DNA from: Pseudomonadota bacterium
GTDB lineage: Bacteria > Pseudomonadota > Alphaproteobacteria > Sphingomonadales > Sphingomonadaceae
Length of the DNA: 53,971 nucleotides
Assembly: GCA_023426225.1 (NCBI GenBank)
Contig: JAFABD010000099.1
Location: forward strand, 1-53,971
Direction of reading: 5' to 3'
Part shown: in pieces, positions 1-11,539 of the stretch
Numbering within the stretch: the first letter of the stretch is position 1
How the letters are laid out: every line of letters starts with the position of its first letter
Translations under genes and position numbers: made by a program
The notes under the pieces: model-generated
The model's database searches: none
Seen by the model: the letters and a program-made list of their open reading frames with translations, nothing else
Told to the model about the DNA's origin: nothing

Positions 1-1027
1 GCGTGGCGCGCAGCGCGCTTTCGGAAGCATTGACCGCGGCGGCGTTCGGCGTCTCGACCTGGACGGTGATCGTCGCGACCGAGCCCGCCGTGCCCTCGGC
101 CGCCGCTGCGGCCGCGGCTTCGGCCGCCGGGTCGACGACGGGCTTGGGCGCGGGCGGGCGCGTGGCGAGCATCCGGTCGGGACGCAGCCGGCCGTCGGCA
201 AGCGCGGTCTGGAATGCCGCGTCGATGCGCTGGATCGCGGTATCGTACAGCGAATCGATCGCATCCGCCGATTCGACCCGCAGCGCGAAATGCGTGATCG
301 GCGTGCGATCGGGGCCGTGCGTTGCCGCGAACAGCCCGACGACCGGGCCGCCGGGATAGTCGCGGCGCAACTGCACCTCGGCGACGACCATGTCGCTCGC
401 GCCATATTGGTCGAGCACCGTGCGCCACCAGTTGCGGCCGCGGCGCAGCGTCTGCCCCGCGTTGACCAGCAGCGAATCGGCGCCGTTGCCGCGCAGCCGG
501 ACATAGTCGATCGTGCTGCTCGTCGCGCGAAAGCGGTTCCATGCGCGCGCCCAGGCGGTCTCGCGCTCGAAGACGCGGCCCGTCCCGCCCGAAAATTCCA
601 GCGGCACCAGCAGCGTCGGCACCGATCGCGTCATCTGAGTCGAAACGCCCAGGATCGCGCCGGCGCGCGCGCGATCGAACTGGATGCCCAGCCGGGCGAT
701 GTAACGCGTCGGCCCGATCTGTTCCTGTTCGATCACGACGCCGCTCACCAGCGAATCGATCGCCGAGTCGGAAAGGTCCGATTTCTCGCCGGTCAGCCGC
801 TGCGACAGCATCTGCCATCCCTTGCGCTGCGCGATCCGCCATCCGCCCAGCCGCGCACTCTCGGCATCGCGCCCTTTGACGTCGACGGTCACGCCTGTCA
901 CCTCGAAACTGCCGGCCGAATCGGCGGCGGCGCCCCCCTGCCCTTCGGCAAGCGTAACCCCCGCGCCGCCCGCGAGAACGAGCGCGCCGGCCGCGCCGAT
1001 GGAGAGGAAAAGCCGTTTCCGATGCAT
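1..1027 (-). CDS. Conserved exported protein (DUF2066-like / 'heavy-metal-associated domain' annotation in sphingomonads); runs off the left edge
   Basis: Not in the ORF track because there is no stop in the window. Hand translation from ATG 1027: [30 protein letters not shown]...[32 protein letters not shown]..., open to position 1. Signal-peptide-like N-terminus; divergent from purM. Confidence 0.75.
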   Translation of the reverse strand, partial: MHRKRLFLSIGAAGALVLAGGAGVTLAEGQGGAAADSAGSFEVTGVTVDVKGRDAESARLGGWRIAQRKGWQMLSQRLTGEKSDLSDSAIDSLVSGVVIEQEQIGPTRYIARLGIQFDRARAGAILGVSTQMTRSVPTLLVPLEFSGGTGRVFERETAWARAWNRFRATSSTIDYVRLRGNGADSLLVNAGQTLRRGRNWWRTVLDQYGASDMVVAEVQLRRDYPGGPVVGLFAATHGPDRTPITHFALRVESADAIDSLYDTAIQRIDAAFQTALADGRLRPDRMLATRPPAPKPVVDPAAEAAAAAAAEGTAGSVATITVQVETPNAAAVNASESALRAT

Positions 1028-1091
1028 GCGGGCGCTCTTTTGGCGAAGCGGGCGTGGAAATCCAAGCGCGTTGTGGCTAGGCGGTTCGGCC

Positions 1092-2186
1092 ATGACCGAT
1101 CCGAAAGCCTATACCTACGCCCAGGCGGGCGTCTCGATCGCGGCGGGCAACGCGCTGGTGCGCGCGATCGCCCCGCTCGCCCGTTCCACGCGCCGTCCGG
1201 GTGCCGATGCCGATCTCGGCGGGTTCGGGGGGGTGTTCGATCCTCGCGCCGCCGGGTTCAAGGATCCGCTGCTCGTCGCCGCCAATGACGGCGTGGGAAC
1301 CAAGCTCAAGCTCGCGATCGAGCATGACCGGCACGACGGCGTCGGGATCGACCTCGTCGCGATGTGCGCCAACGATCTGGTCGTTCAGGGGGCCGAACCC
1401 CTGTTCTTCCTCGACTATTATGCCAGCGGCAAGCTCGACGCCGGCGTCGCCGAACGCGTCATCGCGGGCATCGCCGAAGGCTGCCGTCAGGCGGGCTGCG
1501 CGCTGATCGGCGGCGAAACCGCCGAAATGCCCGGCATGTATGCCGCGGGCGACTATGACCTTGCGGGCTTCTGCGTGGGTGCGGTCGAGCGCGAGCAACT
1601 GCTCGACGGCGGCACGATCCGCCCGGGCGACATCCTGCTCGGCATGGGTTCGACGGGCGTGCATTCGAACGGCTTCTCGCTCGTGCGTCGCCTCGCGGCG
1701 GACAAGGGGTGGAAGCTCGATCGCCCCGCGCTGTTCGATCAGGACATGCTGCTCATCGACGCGCTGATGGCGCCGACGCGCATCTATGTCGCCAGCCTGT
1801 TGCCGTCGCTCCGCAAGGGGCTGATCCGCGGGCTCGCGCACATCACCGGCGGCGGGCTGCTCGAAAACGTTCCGCGTGTGCTCCCGGCGGGGTGCCATGC
1901 CCGGATCGACGCGGGCAGCTGGCCGTTGCCGCGGCTGATGGCGTTCCTCCAGGCACAGGGCAATATCGAGCCCGAGGAAATGGCGCGCACCTTCAATTGC
2001 GGCATCGGCATGGTCGCCGCGGTTCGCCCCGAACATGCGGCCGAGCTTGCCGAGGCGCTCACTGCCGCCGGCGAGACGGTGTTCACCATCGGCGAGATCG
2101 TGGCGGGCGAACGCGGCTGCACCGTGTTCGGATCGGGCGAGACGTGGAGCGCGCGCGCCGACTGGTCGGCCACGCACCATGGCTGA
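1092..2186 (+). CDS. purM: Phosphoribosylformylglycinamidine cyclo-ligase (AIR synthetase)
   Basis: [41 protein letters not shown] and HITGGGL motifs; start trimmed to MTDPKAY (ATG 1092). Confidence 0.97.
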   Translation: MTDPKAYTYAQAGVSIAAGNALVRAIAPLARSTRRPGADADLGGFGGVFDPRAAGFKDPLLVAANDGVGTKLKLAIEHDRHDGVGIDLVAMCANDLVVQGAEPLFFLDYYASGKLDAGVAERVIAGIAEGCRQAGCALIGGETAEMPGMYAAGDYDLAGFCVGAVEREQLLDGGTIRPGDILLGMGSTGVHSNGFSLVRRLAADKGWKLDRPALFDQDMLLIDALMAPTRIYVASLLPSLRKGLIRGLAHITGGGLLENVPRVLPAGCHARIDAGSWPLPRLMAFLQAQGNIEPEEMARTFNCGIGMVAAVRPEHAAELAEALTAAGETVFTIGEIVAGERGCTVFGSGETWSARADWSATHHG

Positions 2187-2802
2187 TCCGGCGGCTGATC
2201 CGGCGGCGGCGCGCCGTCGCGTCGGCGTGCTCATTTCTGGGCGCGGGTCGAACATGGCGTCGCTGGTCGAGGCCGCACGCGCGCCCGATTGCCCCTATGC
2301 CGTCGTGCTCGTCGCCAGCGACAAGCCCGAGGCAGCGGGGCTCGCCTGGGCGGCGGAGCGGGGCATCCCCACCTTCGCCCAGTCGCCCAAGGGCATGCCC
2401 AAGGCCGAGTATGAGGCGCGCATCGATGCGGCATTGCGCGCGCACGATGTCGAGATGATCGCGCTTGCGGGCTATATGCGGCTGCTCTCGGATCGTTTCG
2501 TCGCCGACTGGCGCGACAGGATCGTCAACATCCACCCCTCGCTGCTGCCAAAGTACAAGGGGCTCGACACGCACGCGCGCGCGATCGCCGCGGGCGATGC
2601 CGAGGCCGGGTGCTCGGTCCATGTCGTCACCGAAGAGCTCGACGGCGGCGAACTGCTCGGCCAGGCGCGCGTGCCGATCCTTGCCGGCGACACCGCCGAC
2701 ACGCTCGCCGCGCGCGTGCTGGTCGAGGAACATCGTCTCTATCCCCAGGTGCTCGCGCGCTGGGCCATGGCGTTGCCGCGCCAGCACGGCGGCCGGGGCT
2801 AG
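2179..2802 (+). CDS. purN: Phosphoribosylglycinamide formyltransferase
   Basis: [25 protein letters not shown] and [14 protein letters not shown] motifs; overlaps the purM end. Confidence 0.97.
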   Translation: MADPAADPAAARRRVGVLISGRGSNMASLVEAARAPDCPYAVVLVASDKPEAAGLAWAAERGIPTFAQSPKGMPKAEYEARIDAALRAHDVEMIALAGYMRLLSDRFVADWRDRIVNIHPSLLPKYKGLDTHARAIAAGDAEAGCSVHVVTEELDGGELLGQARVPILAGDTADTLAARVLVEEHRLYPQVLARWAMALPRQHGGRG

Positions 2803-2970
2803 GCCCTTTCGGGCTTCTTCGGGCGTCGGCCGGATATTTCGGGCGGGCGGCGGGTTGTGCCCCGTCGCCGGCTTTGCCTGTCGCCGGCAAGTGGAGGCCC
2901 CATTCGGACGCATCGCGACACGCCCGCAACCCTCTTGCGCCATGGCGCCGCCGCCCGCGATAAGGGCGGG

Positions 2971-3669
2971 GTGATCAAGGTCGCCAGCTACAACATGCGC
3001 AAGTCGATCGGCACCGATCGCCGCCGGCGCCCCGAGCGGACGCTGCAGGTGCTCAACGAGATCGACGCCGACATCATCGCGCTGCAGGAGGCCGATCGCC
3101 GCTTCGGCACCCGCGCGGCGGTGCTGACCGCCGCGCTGCTCGCCGAACACAGCGACTGGAAGGCCGTTCCCGTCAACCTGCGGGCGCGCTCGATGGGATG
3201 GCACGGCAACGCCTTGCTGGTGCGCAAGTCGGCGACGATCCTCGACTGTGCGCCGCTCCACCTGCCCGCGCTCGAACCGCGCGGCGCGGTGATGGCCGAT
3301 ATCGAAATCGGCGGTCAGGCGATCCGCGTCGTCGGGATGCACCTCGACCTGTCGGGGCTCTGGCGGCGGCGGCAGGCGGCGGCGATCCTTGCCGAACTCG
3401 CCGCGCGCGAACGGCGTCTGCCCACGGTGATGATGGGCGATCTCAACGAATGGACCGCCAATGGCGGCTGCCTGCGCGACTTCGGCGAGCGTTTCGCCTT
3501 TGCCGAGACGGGCAAGACCTATCATGCGCGCCGCCCGATGGCGCGGCTCGACCGGATCATGGTCACCGGCGACATCGCGATCGCGGGTTCGGGGACGCAT
3601 GAAAGCCTTCAGGCGCGCACCGCGTCGGACCATCTGCCGATCTGGGCCGAACTCCGGGTCGCGCAATGA
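2971..3669 (+). CDS. Endonuclease/exonuclease/phosphatase (EEP) family protein
   Basis: VASYNM, IALQEAD, MGDLNEW, LDRI and SDHLPI motifs; GTG start at 2971. Confidence 0.9.
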   Translation: MIKVASYNMRKSIGTDRRRRPERTLQVLNEIDADIIALQEADRRFGTRAAVLTAALLAEHSDWKAVPVNLRARSMGWHGNALLVRKSATILDCAPLHLPALEPRGAVMADIEIGGQAIRVVGMHLDLSGLWRRRQAAAILAELAARERRLPTVMMGDLNEWTANGGCLRDFGERFAFAETGKTYHARRPMARLDRIMVTGDIAIAGSGTHESLQARTASDHLPIWAELRVAQ

Positions 3670-5966
3670 CCGCGACGCGCGACAAGGAACTGCGCCTCGC
3701 GCTCGTCTGCTATGGCGGCGTCAGCCTTGCGGTCTACATGCACGGCATCACCAAGGAGATCTGGCGCCTCGCCTGCGCGAGTTGCGCGGTGCGCGAAGGC
3801 GGCGATGCCGACGGCGTCTATGCCGCGCTCCTGGACGAGATCCGCGACAGTTGCGGGGTCAATCTGCGCGTGCTGGTCGACATCCTGTCCGGTGCGAGCG
3901 CGGGCGGCATCAACGCGGTCTTCCTCGCCCAGGCGCTCACCACGGGTCAGTCGCTCGACGCGCTGACCGATCTCTGGATCGAACATGCCGATATCGAATC
4001 GCTGCTCGATCCGGTGCAGGCGCCGTCGCACCGTTTCGCCAAGATCTGGGCGACGCCGATCGCGTGGATGCTCGCCGACCGCAACAAGACCGTCGACGAG
4101 ACCGTCGAGGCAGGCGCGCGGGACGAGGTGCGTGCCAAGCTCGAACGCTTCGTCCGGTCGCGCTGGTTCGAGCCGCCCTTCGGCGGGCGCCAGCTTTTCC
4201 ATACGCTGATGGATGCCTTCGACGCGATGGCGCGCGGCCCCTCGCGCAACCGGCTGCTGCCGCGCGATCAGCCGCTCGACCTGTTCGTCACTGTCACCGA
4301 TTTCCACGGCCATCGCGAGGCGCTGCGGCTCAATTCGCCGCCGCTCGTCGACGAGACCGAGCACCGCCTCGTCTTCGCCTTTTCCGACCATGGCGAGGAA
4401 GGCGCGATCGGGCACCCCGCCGCGCTCGCCTTTGCCGCGCGGGCGACCTCCAGCTTTCCGGGCGCATTCCCGCCCGTGACGGTCGAGGAACTCGACACCG
4501 TGCTTGCCGAGCGGGGTGAAAAATGGAGTGGGCGCGACGCGTTCCTCGAACGGGCCCTTCCGCAGCATTTTTTGACCGATAACGCACGAAAAGCGGTGCT
4601 GATCGACGGGTCGGTGCTCGCGAACGCGCCCTTTCGTCCTGCCATTGACGCGCTCCGCGAGCGCCCTGCCCGCCGCCAGATCGATCGCCGCTTCGTCTAT
4701 ATCGACCCCACGCCCGAACTGCGCCTGCTCTCCTATGGCCGCTCGGCGGAGCGCCCCGGCTTCTTCCAGACGATCATCGGCGCGCTGACCGAACTGCCCC
4801 GCGAACAGCCGATTCGCGACAATCTGGAGGCGATCAGCGCCCGATCGGACCGGATCGAACGCATGCTGGCGATCATCGGCGACATTCGCGCGGAGGTCGA
4901 AAGCCAGGTCGAGGGGCTGTTCGGCTATACGCTCTGGCTCGATTACCCGACGCCTCGCCGCCTCGCCGCCTGGCGCCGCCGCGCCCAGGTCGCCGCCGCG
5001 ACCAAGGCCGGCTATGGCCACACGGCCTATGCTCTCCTGAAAGTCGACGGCGCCGTCGAGCGCACCGCCCGACTTCTCTACGCGGTGGCGGGGCTCCATG
5101 GGCCGGAAACGCTACGTTCCCTGCGGGATTCGCTGATGGCTGCGGTGCGCGCGCGCGGTGCCGATCGCTTCGGCGCGGCACTGAACGGAGGCGCGTCGCC
5201 CGAGGCGTTGGCGTTCCTGCGCGCGCACGACCTCGGCTTTCGTATCCGTCGGTTGCGGCTGCTGGCGCGCCGTCTGACCGAAATGGACGTGCGCGAACGG
5301 CGCGAAGAACTGCGCCCGATCCGCGACGCACTCTACGAGTCGCTGGCCGCGTATCTCGAACTCAAGCGTTCCGATACCTATGCCGACCTCGCCGACGCCG
5401 CGCGCGCCTGCGCGACAGGGACGGGAGACGCCTCGGCGCTCCTCGACCGTGTCGGCGAACGGATGGACCTGACAGCCCTCGACGCCGCCGCCGATGCCCG
5501 GCTCTCGCAGGGATTCAGCGCGCTGGGGCGCGATCTGCGCCGTCCGCTCTTGCTCGCGCATCTCGGTTTTCCCTTTTTCGACATTGCCACATTGCCGCTG
5601 CTTCAGGGCGACGGTCTCGACGAGTTCGACCCGATCCGGGTCGACCGCATTTCGCCCGAGGACGCCAGGGCCATCCGCACCGGCGGCGCCGAGGCGACGC
5701 TCAAAGGCATCCAGTTCAACAGCTTCGGCGCTTTTTTCAGCCGGGCGTACCGCGAGAATGATTATCTGTGGGGTCGCCTGCACGGCGCCGACCGGCTGAT
5801 CGACATCGTGCTTTCCACGCTTGCCGATGACGAACGCCTTCCCGAAGAACGCGTGAGCGCGATCAAGAGGGCGGCATTTCACGCGATCCTTGACGAGGAA
5901 CAAGGCCGTTTGCGCAACATTCCGGCGCTGTTCGAGGAACTTCGGGCGGAGATCGGGCCGCGCTGA
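3666..5966 (+). CDS. Patatin-like phospholipase with C-terminal DUF3376-type domain
   Basis: Gly-rich YGGVSLAVYM, nucleophile GASAG, catalytic DGS, C-terminal FGAFFSRAYRENDYLWGRLHGA; ATGA overlap with the EEP gene. Confidence 0.9.
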   Translation: MTATRDKELRLALVCYGGVSLAVYMHGITKEIWRLACASCAVREGGDADGVYAALLDEIRDSCGVNLRVLVDILSGASAGGINAVFLAQALTTGQSLDALTDLWIEHADIESLLDPVQAPSHRFAKIWATPIAWMLADRNKTVDETVEAGARDEVRAKLERFVRSRWFEPPFGGRQLFHTLMDAFDAMARGPSRNRLLPRDQPLDLFVTVTDFHGHREALRLNSPPLVDETEHRLVFAFSDHGEEGAIGHPAALAFAARATSSFPGAFPPVTVEELDTVLAERGEKWSGRDAFLERALPQHFLTDNARKAVLIDGSVLANAPFRPAIDALRERPARRQIDRRFVYIDPTPELRLLSYGRSAERPGFFQTIIGALTELPREQPIRDNLEAISARSDRIERMLAIIGDIRAEVESQVEGLFGYTLWLDYPTPRRLAAWRRRAQVAAATKAGYGHTAYALLKVDGAVERTARLLYAVAGLHGPETLRSLRDSLMAAVRARGADRFGAALNGGASPEALAFLRAHDLGFRIRRLRLLARRLTEMDVRERREELRPIRDALYESLAAYLELKRSDTYADLADAARACATGTGDASALLDRVGERMDLTALDAAADARLSQGFSALGRDLRRPLLLAHLGFPFFDIATLPLLQGDGLDEFDPIRVDRISPEDARAIRTGGAEATLKGIQFNSFGAFFSRAYRENDYLWGRLHGADRLIDIVLSTLADDERLPEERVSAIKRAAFHAILDEEQGRLRNIPALFEELRAEIGPR

Positions 5967-6065
5967 CAGGGCGCGGACCGGCCGGGACGAGGCGCGGACG
6001 AGACTGGTCAAACCGCCATATCGGCCCTATCGTCCAGGCCTCTTTTCAGCGGGAACGGGGTTTCG

Positions 6066-6446
6066 ATGCGGTTTCTGAAGGTGCTGTTCTGGCTCTTGCT
6101 GGGCGGCCTCGTCACAGCCTTCGTGATCTATAACGGCGACGAGCGGGTGAGCATCCACCTGTGGGGCGGACTGGTGGCCGATTTCAGTCTGCCGCTGCTG
6201 CTGATCCTGATCTTCCTCATCGGCTTTCTGCCGATGCTGGTCGCCTATCAGACGACGCGATGGAGCCTGCGCCAGCGCATCAGCAACCTTGAGCGCGCAC
6301 TGGCCGACATCCGAACCGCCGCGACCGGGGCCACGCCCGACGCGGCGCTGACCACGGAAACGGGCCTCTCCATGACGTCTTCCATCTCCCCGACCCAGCC
6401 TGCCGCCCCGTCCGCGGGGCCGCTCTTCGCGGATCGCCAATCATGA
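6066..6446 (+). CDS. lapA: LapA (DUF1049) family small inner-membrane protein
   Basis: Two hydrophobic helices followed by a short coiled coil (LRQRISNLERAL); immediately upstream of and overlapping pyrF. Confidence 0.7.
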   Translation: MRFLKVLFWLLLGGLVTAFVIYNGDERVSIHLWGGLVADFSLPLLLILIFLIGFLPMLVAYQTTRWSLRQRISNLERALADIRTAATGATPDAALTTETGLSMTSSISPTQPAAPSAGPLFADRQS

Positions 6447-7117
6447 CCAATCGTATCTTCGTTGCCCTCGACACGCCCGATATCGAACGCGCAAAGTCGC
6501 TCGCCAAGCGGGTGCGCGCGCATGTCGGCGGGATCAAGCTGGGCCTCGAATTCTTCATGGCCAACGGGCGCCACGGCGTGCGCGAAATGGCCGAAATCGG
6601 CGTTCCCATCTTTCTGGACCTCAAGTTTCACGACATTCCGAATACGGTCGGCAAGGCAATCCAGGCCCTGCGGCCTCTCAACCCCGCCATCCTCACCGTC
6701 CATGCCGCCGGCGGCCGCGCGATGCTGGAGGATGCCAAGGCTGCCGCGCCCGACGGAACCAAGGTGGTCGCGGTAACGATGCTGACCAGCCTTGATCGCA
6801 CCGATCTTCACGCCATCGGCATGAACCGCGATCCGCACGAACAGGTATTGAAGCTCGCAGAGCTTGCCCGATCGGCGGGCGTGGACGGCATCGTTTGCTC
6901 GGGCGAGGAGGTGAAGGCAGCGCACGCGGCATGGAAGGACGGCTTTTTCGTCGTTCCGGGGGTCCGCCCGTCGCAGGCACAGGCTGCGGACCAGAAGCGC
7001 GTCGTGACGCCGCGTGCTGCCATCGATGCCGGCGCATCGATCCTCGTCATCGGCCGCCCGATCACCTTGGCCGAGAACCCCGATCAGGCTGCACGCGACA
7101 TCGAAGCGACGCTCTGA
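6443..7117 (+). CDS. pyrF: Orotidine-5'-phosphate decarboxylase
   Basis: VALD, KLGLE, FLDLKFHDIPNTV, VPGVRP and VIGRPIT motifs. Confidence 0.97.
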   Translation: MTNRIFVALDTPDIERAKSLAKRVRAHVGGIKLGLEFFMANGRHGVREMAEIGVPIFLDLKFHDIPNTVGKAIQALRPLNPAILTVHAAGGRAMLEDAKAAAPDGTKVVAVTMLTSLDRTDLHAIGMNRDPHEQVLKLAELARSAGVDGIVCSGEEVKAAHAAWKDGFFVVPGVRPSQAQAADQKRVVTPRAAIDAGASILVIGRPITLAENPDQAARDIEATL

Positions 7118-7202
7118 CCCGTTCCTTCCAGCAGCTTTCCCTGATGTCCCGTCGGCGGCAAGGAGGGGTTGCCAAGTTGATTCCCGCTCCGATCGTTTCC
7201 CG

Positions 7203-7709
7203 ATGACCATCCTGATTTCGCCCGCGACGGTGGACCAGCTTTCGGCGATCCATGCCGTCATCGAACGTGCCTATCGCGGCGATTCGGCACGTCTGGGCTG
7301 GACCCATGAAGCGGATCTGATCGAGGAACCGCGCACCGACCTTGCCACGCTCGCCTCGATCATCGGCGACCCGGACCAGGTACTGCTGATCGCCGAGCAG
7401 CGCGGCGTGACGGTCGGCTGTGTCAACGTCGTGAACCGCGGCGGCGGCGTCGCCTATCTGGGTCTGCTGTGCATCGAGCCGCTGCGGCAGGCGGGCGGGC
7501 TGGGCCGTCGACTGATCGCCGCTGCCGAAGTTCATGCCCGCACCGTGTTCGGATGCACCCGCATCGAGATGACCGTAATCGAGGCGCGCCGCGAGCTGAT
7601 CGAATATTATCTCCGCCGCGGCTATGCCGAAACCGGCGAGCGCCGCGACTTCCCGATCGCGCTCGATCCGCCGCTGTTTATGACGGTGCTGGCCAAGCCG
7701 CTGATCTGA
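7203..7709 (+). CDS. GNAT family N-acetyltransferase
   Basis: AYRGDSARLGWTHEADL, acetyl-CoA loop QAGGLGRRL, YYLRRGY; ATG 7203. Confidence 0.88.
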   Translation: MTILISPATVDQLSAIHAVIERAYRGDSARLGWTHEADLIEEPRTDLATLASIIGDPDQVLLIAEQRGVTVGCVNVVNRGGGVAYLGLLCIEPLRQAGGLGRRLIAAAEVHARTVFGCTRIEMTVIEARRELIEYYLRRGYAETGERRDFPIALDPPLFMTVLAKPLI

Positions 7710-7974
7710 ATCCGTCAGCTCTGGTGCCGCCGATACACGGTGATATTCGCTTGTGTCCCGGGGGCCAACCATGATCCGCCGGCGGCGGGTTGAAGCGCGC
7801 GTCCGGCCAGCAACGGGCAGACGCCCCGGTTTCGACGTCCCCCCTTGGCCCGAAAATACAGCCGGTGATCCGACGGTCCCAGAGCCGAGCCGAGCCAACG
7901 CTCGTCGCTGAGATAAACCTTTGTGTGCAACCGTCCCAATGCCCGGGCTTGTCGCTTCGCAAAAATGGGACGAC

Positions 7975-8618
7975 ATGGCGACCATGCCCACAACTGCGAA
8001 AATCTGCGGCCTGTCCACCCCCGAGACGCTCGACGCCGCCGTTGCCGGGGGGGCGAGCCATATCGGCTTCGTCTTCTTTCCGCCCAGCCCGCGTCACCTG
8101 AGCTTCGACAAGGCGCACGGCCTCGCCGCGCGGGTTCCCGACCGTGTCGCGCGCGTCGGCGTGTTTGTTGACCCCGACGATGCGTTGCTCGATGCCGCCA
8201 TCGCAGCCGGGAGGCTCGACGTGATCCAGCTCCACAAGGTGCCCCCCCAGCGCGCCGCGGCGGTGAAGGCGCACACCCACCTTGAGACCTGGGCCGCGCT
8301 CGCCGTGAAGACTCGCGCCGATCTCACGCCGGCCGCCGCGTTCCGCGGTGCGGCCGACCGGCTGCTCTACGATGCGAAGGCGCCCGAGGGGGCCAAGGTG
8401 CCCGGCGGCACTGGCCTCCGCTTCGACTGGCAACTGCTCGACGGCTTTGCCCATCCCCTCCCCTGGATCCTTTCCGGCGGGCTCGATGCCGCCAATGTCG
8501 GCGAGGCGATCCGCGTCACCGGTGCCCGCCTCGTGGATGTCTCTTCGGGCATAGAGGCGGCTCCAGGCGTCAAGGATGTGGACAAGATCGCTGCTTTCCT
8601 TAAAGCCGTGGCCCGATC

Positions 8619-8622
<4 letters not shown>
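7975..8622 (+). CDS. trpF: Phosphoribosylanthranilate isomerase
   Basis: [28 protein letters not shown] and VDVSSGIE motifs; start at 7975 or 7984. Confidence 0.96.
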
Positions 8623-9844
<1,222 letters not shown>

Positions 9845-9848
<4 letters not shown>

Positions 9849-10657
9849 CCCGGCTCGCCAACGCCTTTGCCCGCGCCGCCGATCAGGGCCGCGCCGCGCT
9901 CGTGACCTTCGTCACCGCCGGCGACCCCACGCCGGGCGCTACCGCCGCGATCCTTGACGCGCTCGTTGCGGGCGGCGCCGATGTGATCGAGCTCGGCATG
10001 CCGTTCACCGATCCGATGGCCGACGGCCCTGCGATCCAGGCGGCGAACCTGCGCAGCCTCGCCGCCGGCACCACGACGGCGGACGTGCTCGCGATCGCCA
10101 CGGCGTTCCGCGCGCGGCATCCGGAGGTGCCGCTGGTGCTGATGGGCTATGGCAATCCGATGACCCGCCGCGGACCGGAGTGGTTCGCGAATGCCGCGCG
10201 CAACGCGGGCGTCGACGGCGTGATCTGCGTCGACATCCCCGCCGAGGAAGACGATAGCCTTGGTGAGGCGCTGCGCGCGGTCGGCGTGGCCAATGTGCGG
10301 TTGGCGACGCCGACGACCGACGCTGCCCGCCTTCCTGCCGTGCTCGCAGGGGCATCGGGCTTTCTCTACTATGTCTCGGTCGCCGGGATCACCGGGCTGC
10401 AGCAGGCGGCGCAGGGCTCGATCGAGGCCGCGGTCGCCCGCCTCAAGGCGGCGACCGACCTGCCGATCGCGGTGGGCTTCGGCGTCCGCACCCCCGAACA
10501 GGCCGGTGCAATCGCACGCGTTGCCGATGGCGTCGTGGTCGGCTCGGCGATCGTCGAACTGGTAGCCCGACATGGCGCTGGCGCCGAAGAGCCCGTGCGC
10601 GCCTATGTTCAATCTCTTTCCGCGGCGATTGCCGCGGCACGCAAGGAAAACCAATGA
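9845..10657 (+). CDS. trpA: Tryptophan synthase alpha chain
   Basis: [33 protein letters not shown] and DGVVVGSA motifs. Confidence 0.97.
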
Positions 10658-11508
10658 GCTGGATCAGCCGCGTCCGCAACGCCCTGTCGCTGGGGACCAA
10701 GAAGGACACGCCCGACAACCTCTGGCACAAGTGCAAGGGGTGCGGACAAATGGTGTTCGTGAAGGAGCTGGAACAGAATCTGCACGTCTGCCCGCATTGC
10801 GACCATCATGAGCGCATCGGACCTGCGGAGCGTTTCGCGCATCTCTTCGACCCGGGCAGCTATACCGTGCTTCCCAATCCGCGCGTGACCGAAGACCCCC
10901 TCAAGTTTCGCGACTCGAAGCGCTATGTCGACCGCCTCAAGGCCGCGCGTGGCCAGACGGGCGAACCCGACGCGTTTCTCAATGCACGCGGCACGATCCA
11001 CGGCCAGACGGCAGTGATCGGGGTTCAGGATTTCGCTTTCATGGGCGGGTCGATGGGCCTGGCTGTCGGGGAGGCATTTGTGGCAGGCGTCGAAGCGGCA
11101 ATCGCTGCACGCGCGCCCTATATCGTATTCACGGCGTCGGGCGGTGCGCGGATGCAGGAAGGCATCCTCAGCCTGATGCAGATGCCGCGTACGACGGTTG
11201 CCATCCAGATGCTGCACGATGCCGGGCTGCCCTATATCGTCGTGCTTACCGATCCGACCTCGGGCGGGGTGATGGCCGCCTATGCCATGCTGGGTGACGT
11301 CCAGATCGCTGAGCCGCGTGCAACCCTGGCCTTTACCGGGCGTCGCGTGATCGAAAACACGATCCGCGAGAAGCTCCCCGACGACTTCCAGACCAGCGAA
11401 TATTATCGCGATCACGGTCTGGTGGACCGGGTCGAACACCGTCGCGACCTTCGTGACGTTCTCGGTCGCCTGATCGGGCTGCTATGCGAGCAGAAGACGG
11501 CGGCGTGA
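10654..11508 (+). CDS. accD: Acetyl-CoA carboxylase carboxyltransferase beta subunit
   Basis: Zn finger CKGC...CPHC, FMGGSMG and SGGARMQEG motifs. Confidence 0.97.
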   Translation: MSWISRVRNALSLGTKKDTPDNLWHKCKGCGQMVFVKELEQNLHVCPHCDHHERIGPAERFAHLFDPGSYTVLPNPRVTEDPLKFRDSKRYVDRLKAARGQTGEPDAFLNARGTIHGQTAVIGVQDFAFMGGSMGLAVGEAFVAGVEAAIAARAPYIVFTASGGARMQEGILSLMQMPRTTVAIQMLHDAGLPYIVVLTDPTSGGVMAAYAMLGDVQIAEPRATLAFTGRRVIENTIREKLPDDFQTSEYYRDHGLVDRVEHRRDLRDVLGRLIGLLCEQKTAA

Positions 11509-11539
11509 GTCCAAACAGGCGTAGAACGGACGCCCGTTG

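Noticed and set aside
3666..5966. Patatin as a CBASS/CapV-type anti-phage effector
   Set aside because: No cyclase or other defence genes nearby; DUF3376-type architecture, host-like codon usage and housekeeping context.
7771..7974. Classical trp attenuator upstream of trpF
   Set aside because: Only one Trp codon in the uORF and no terminator/antiterminator pair with a U-tract.
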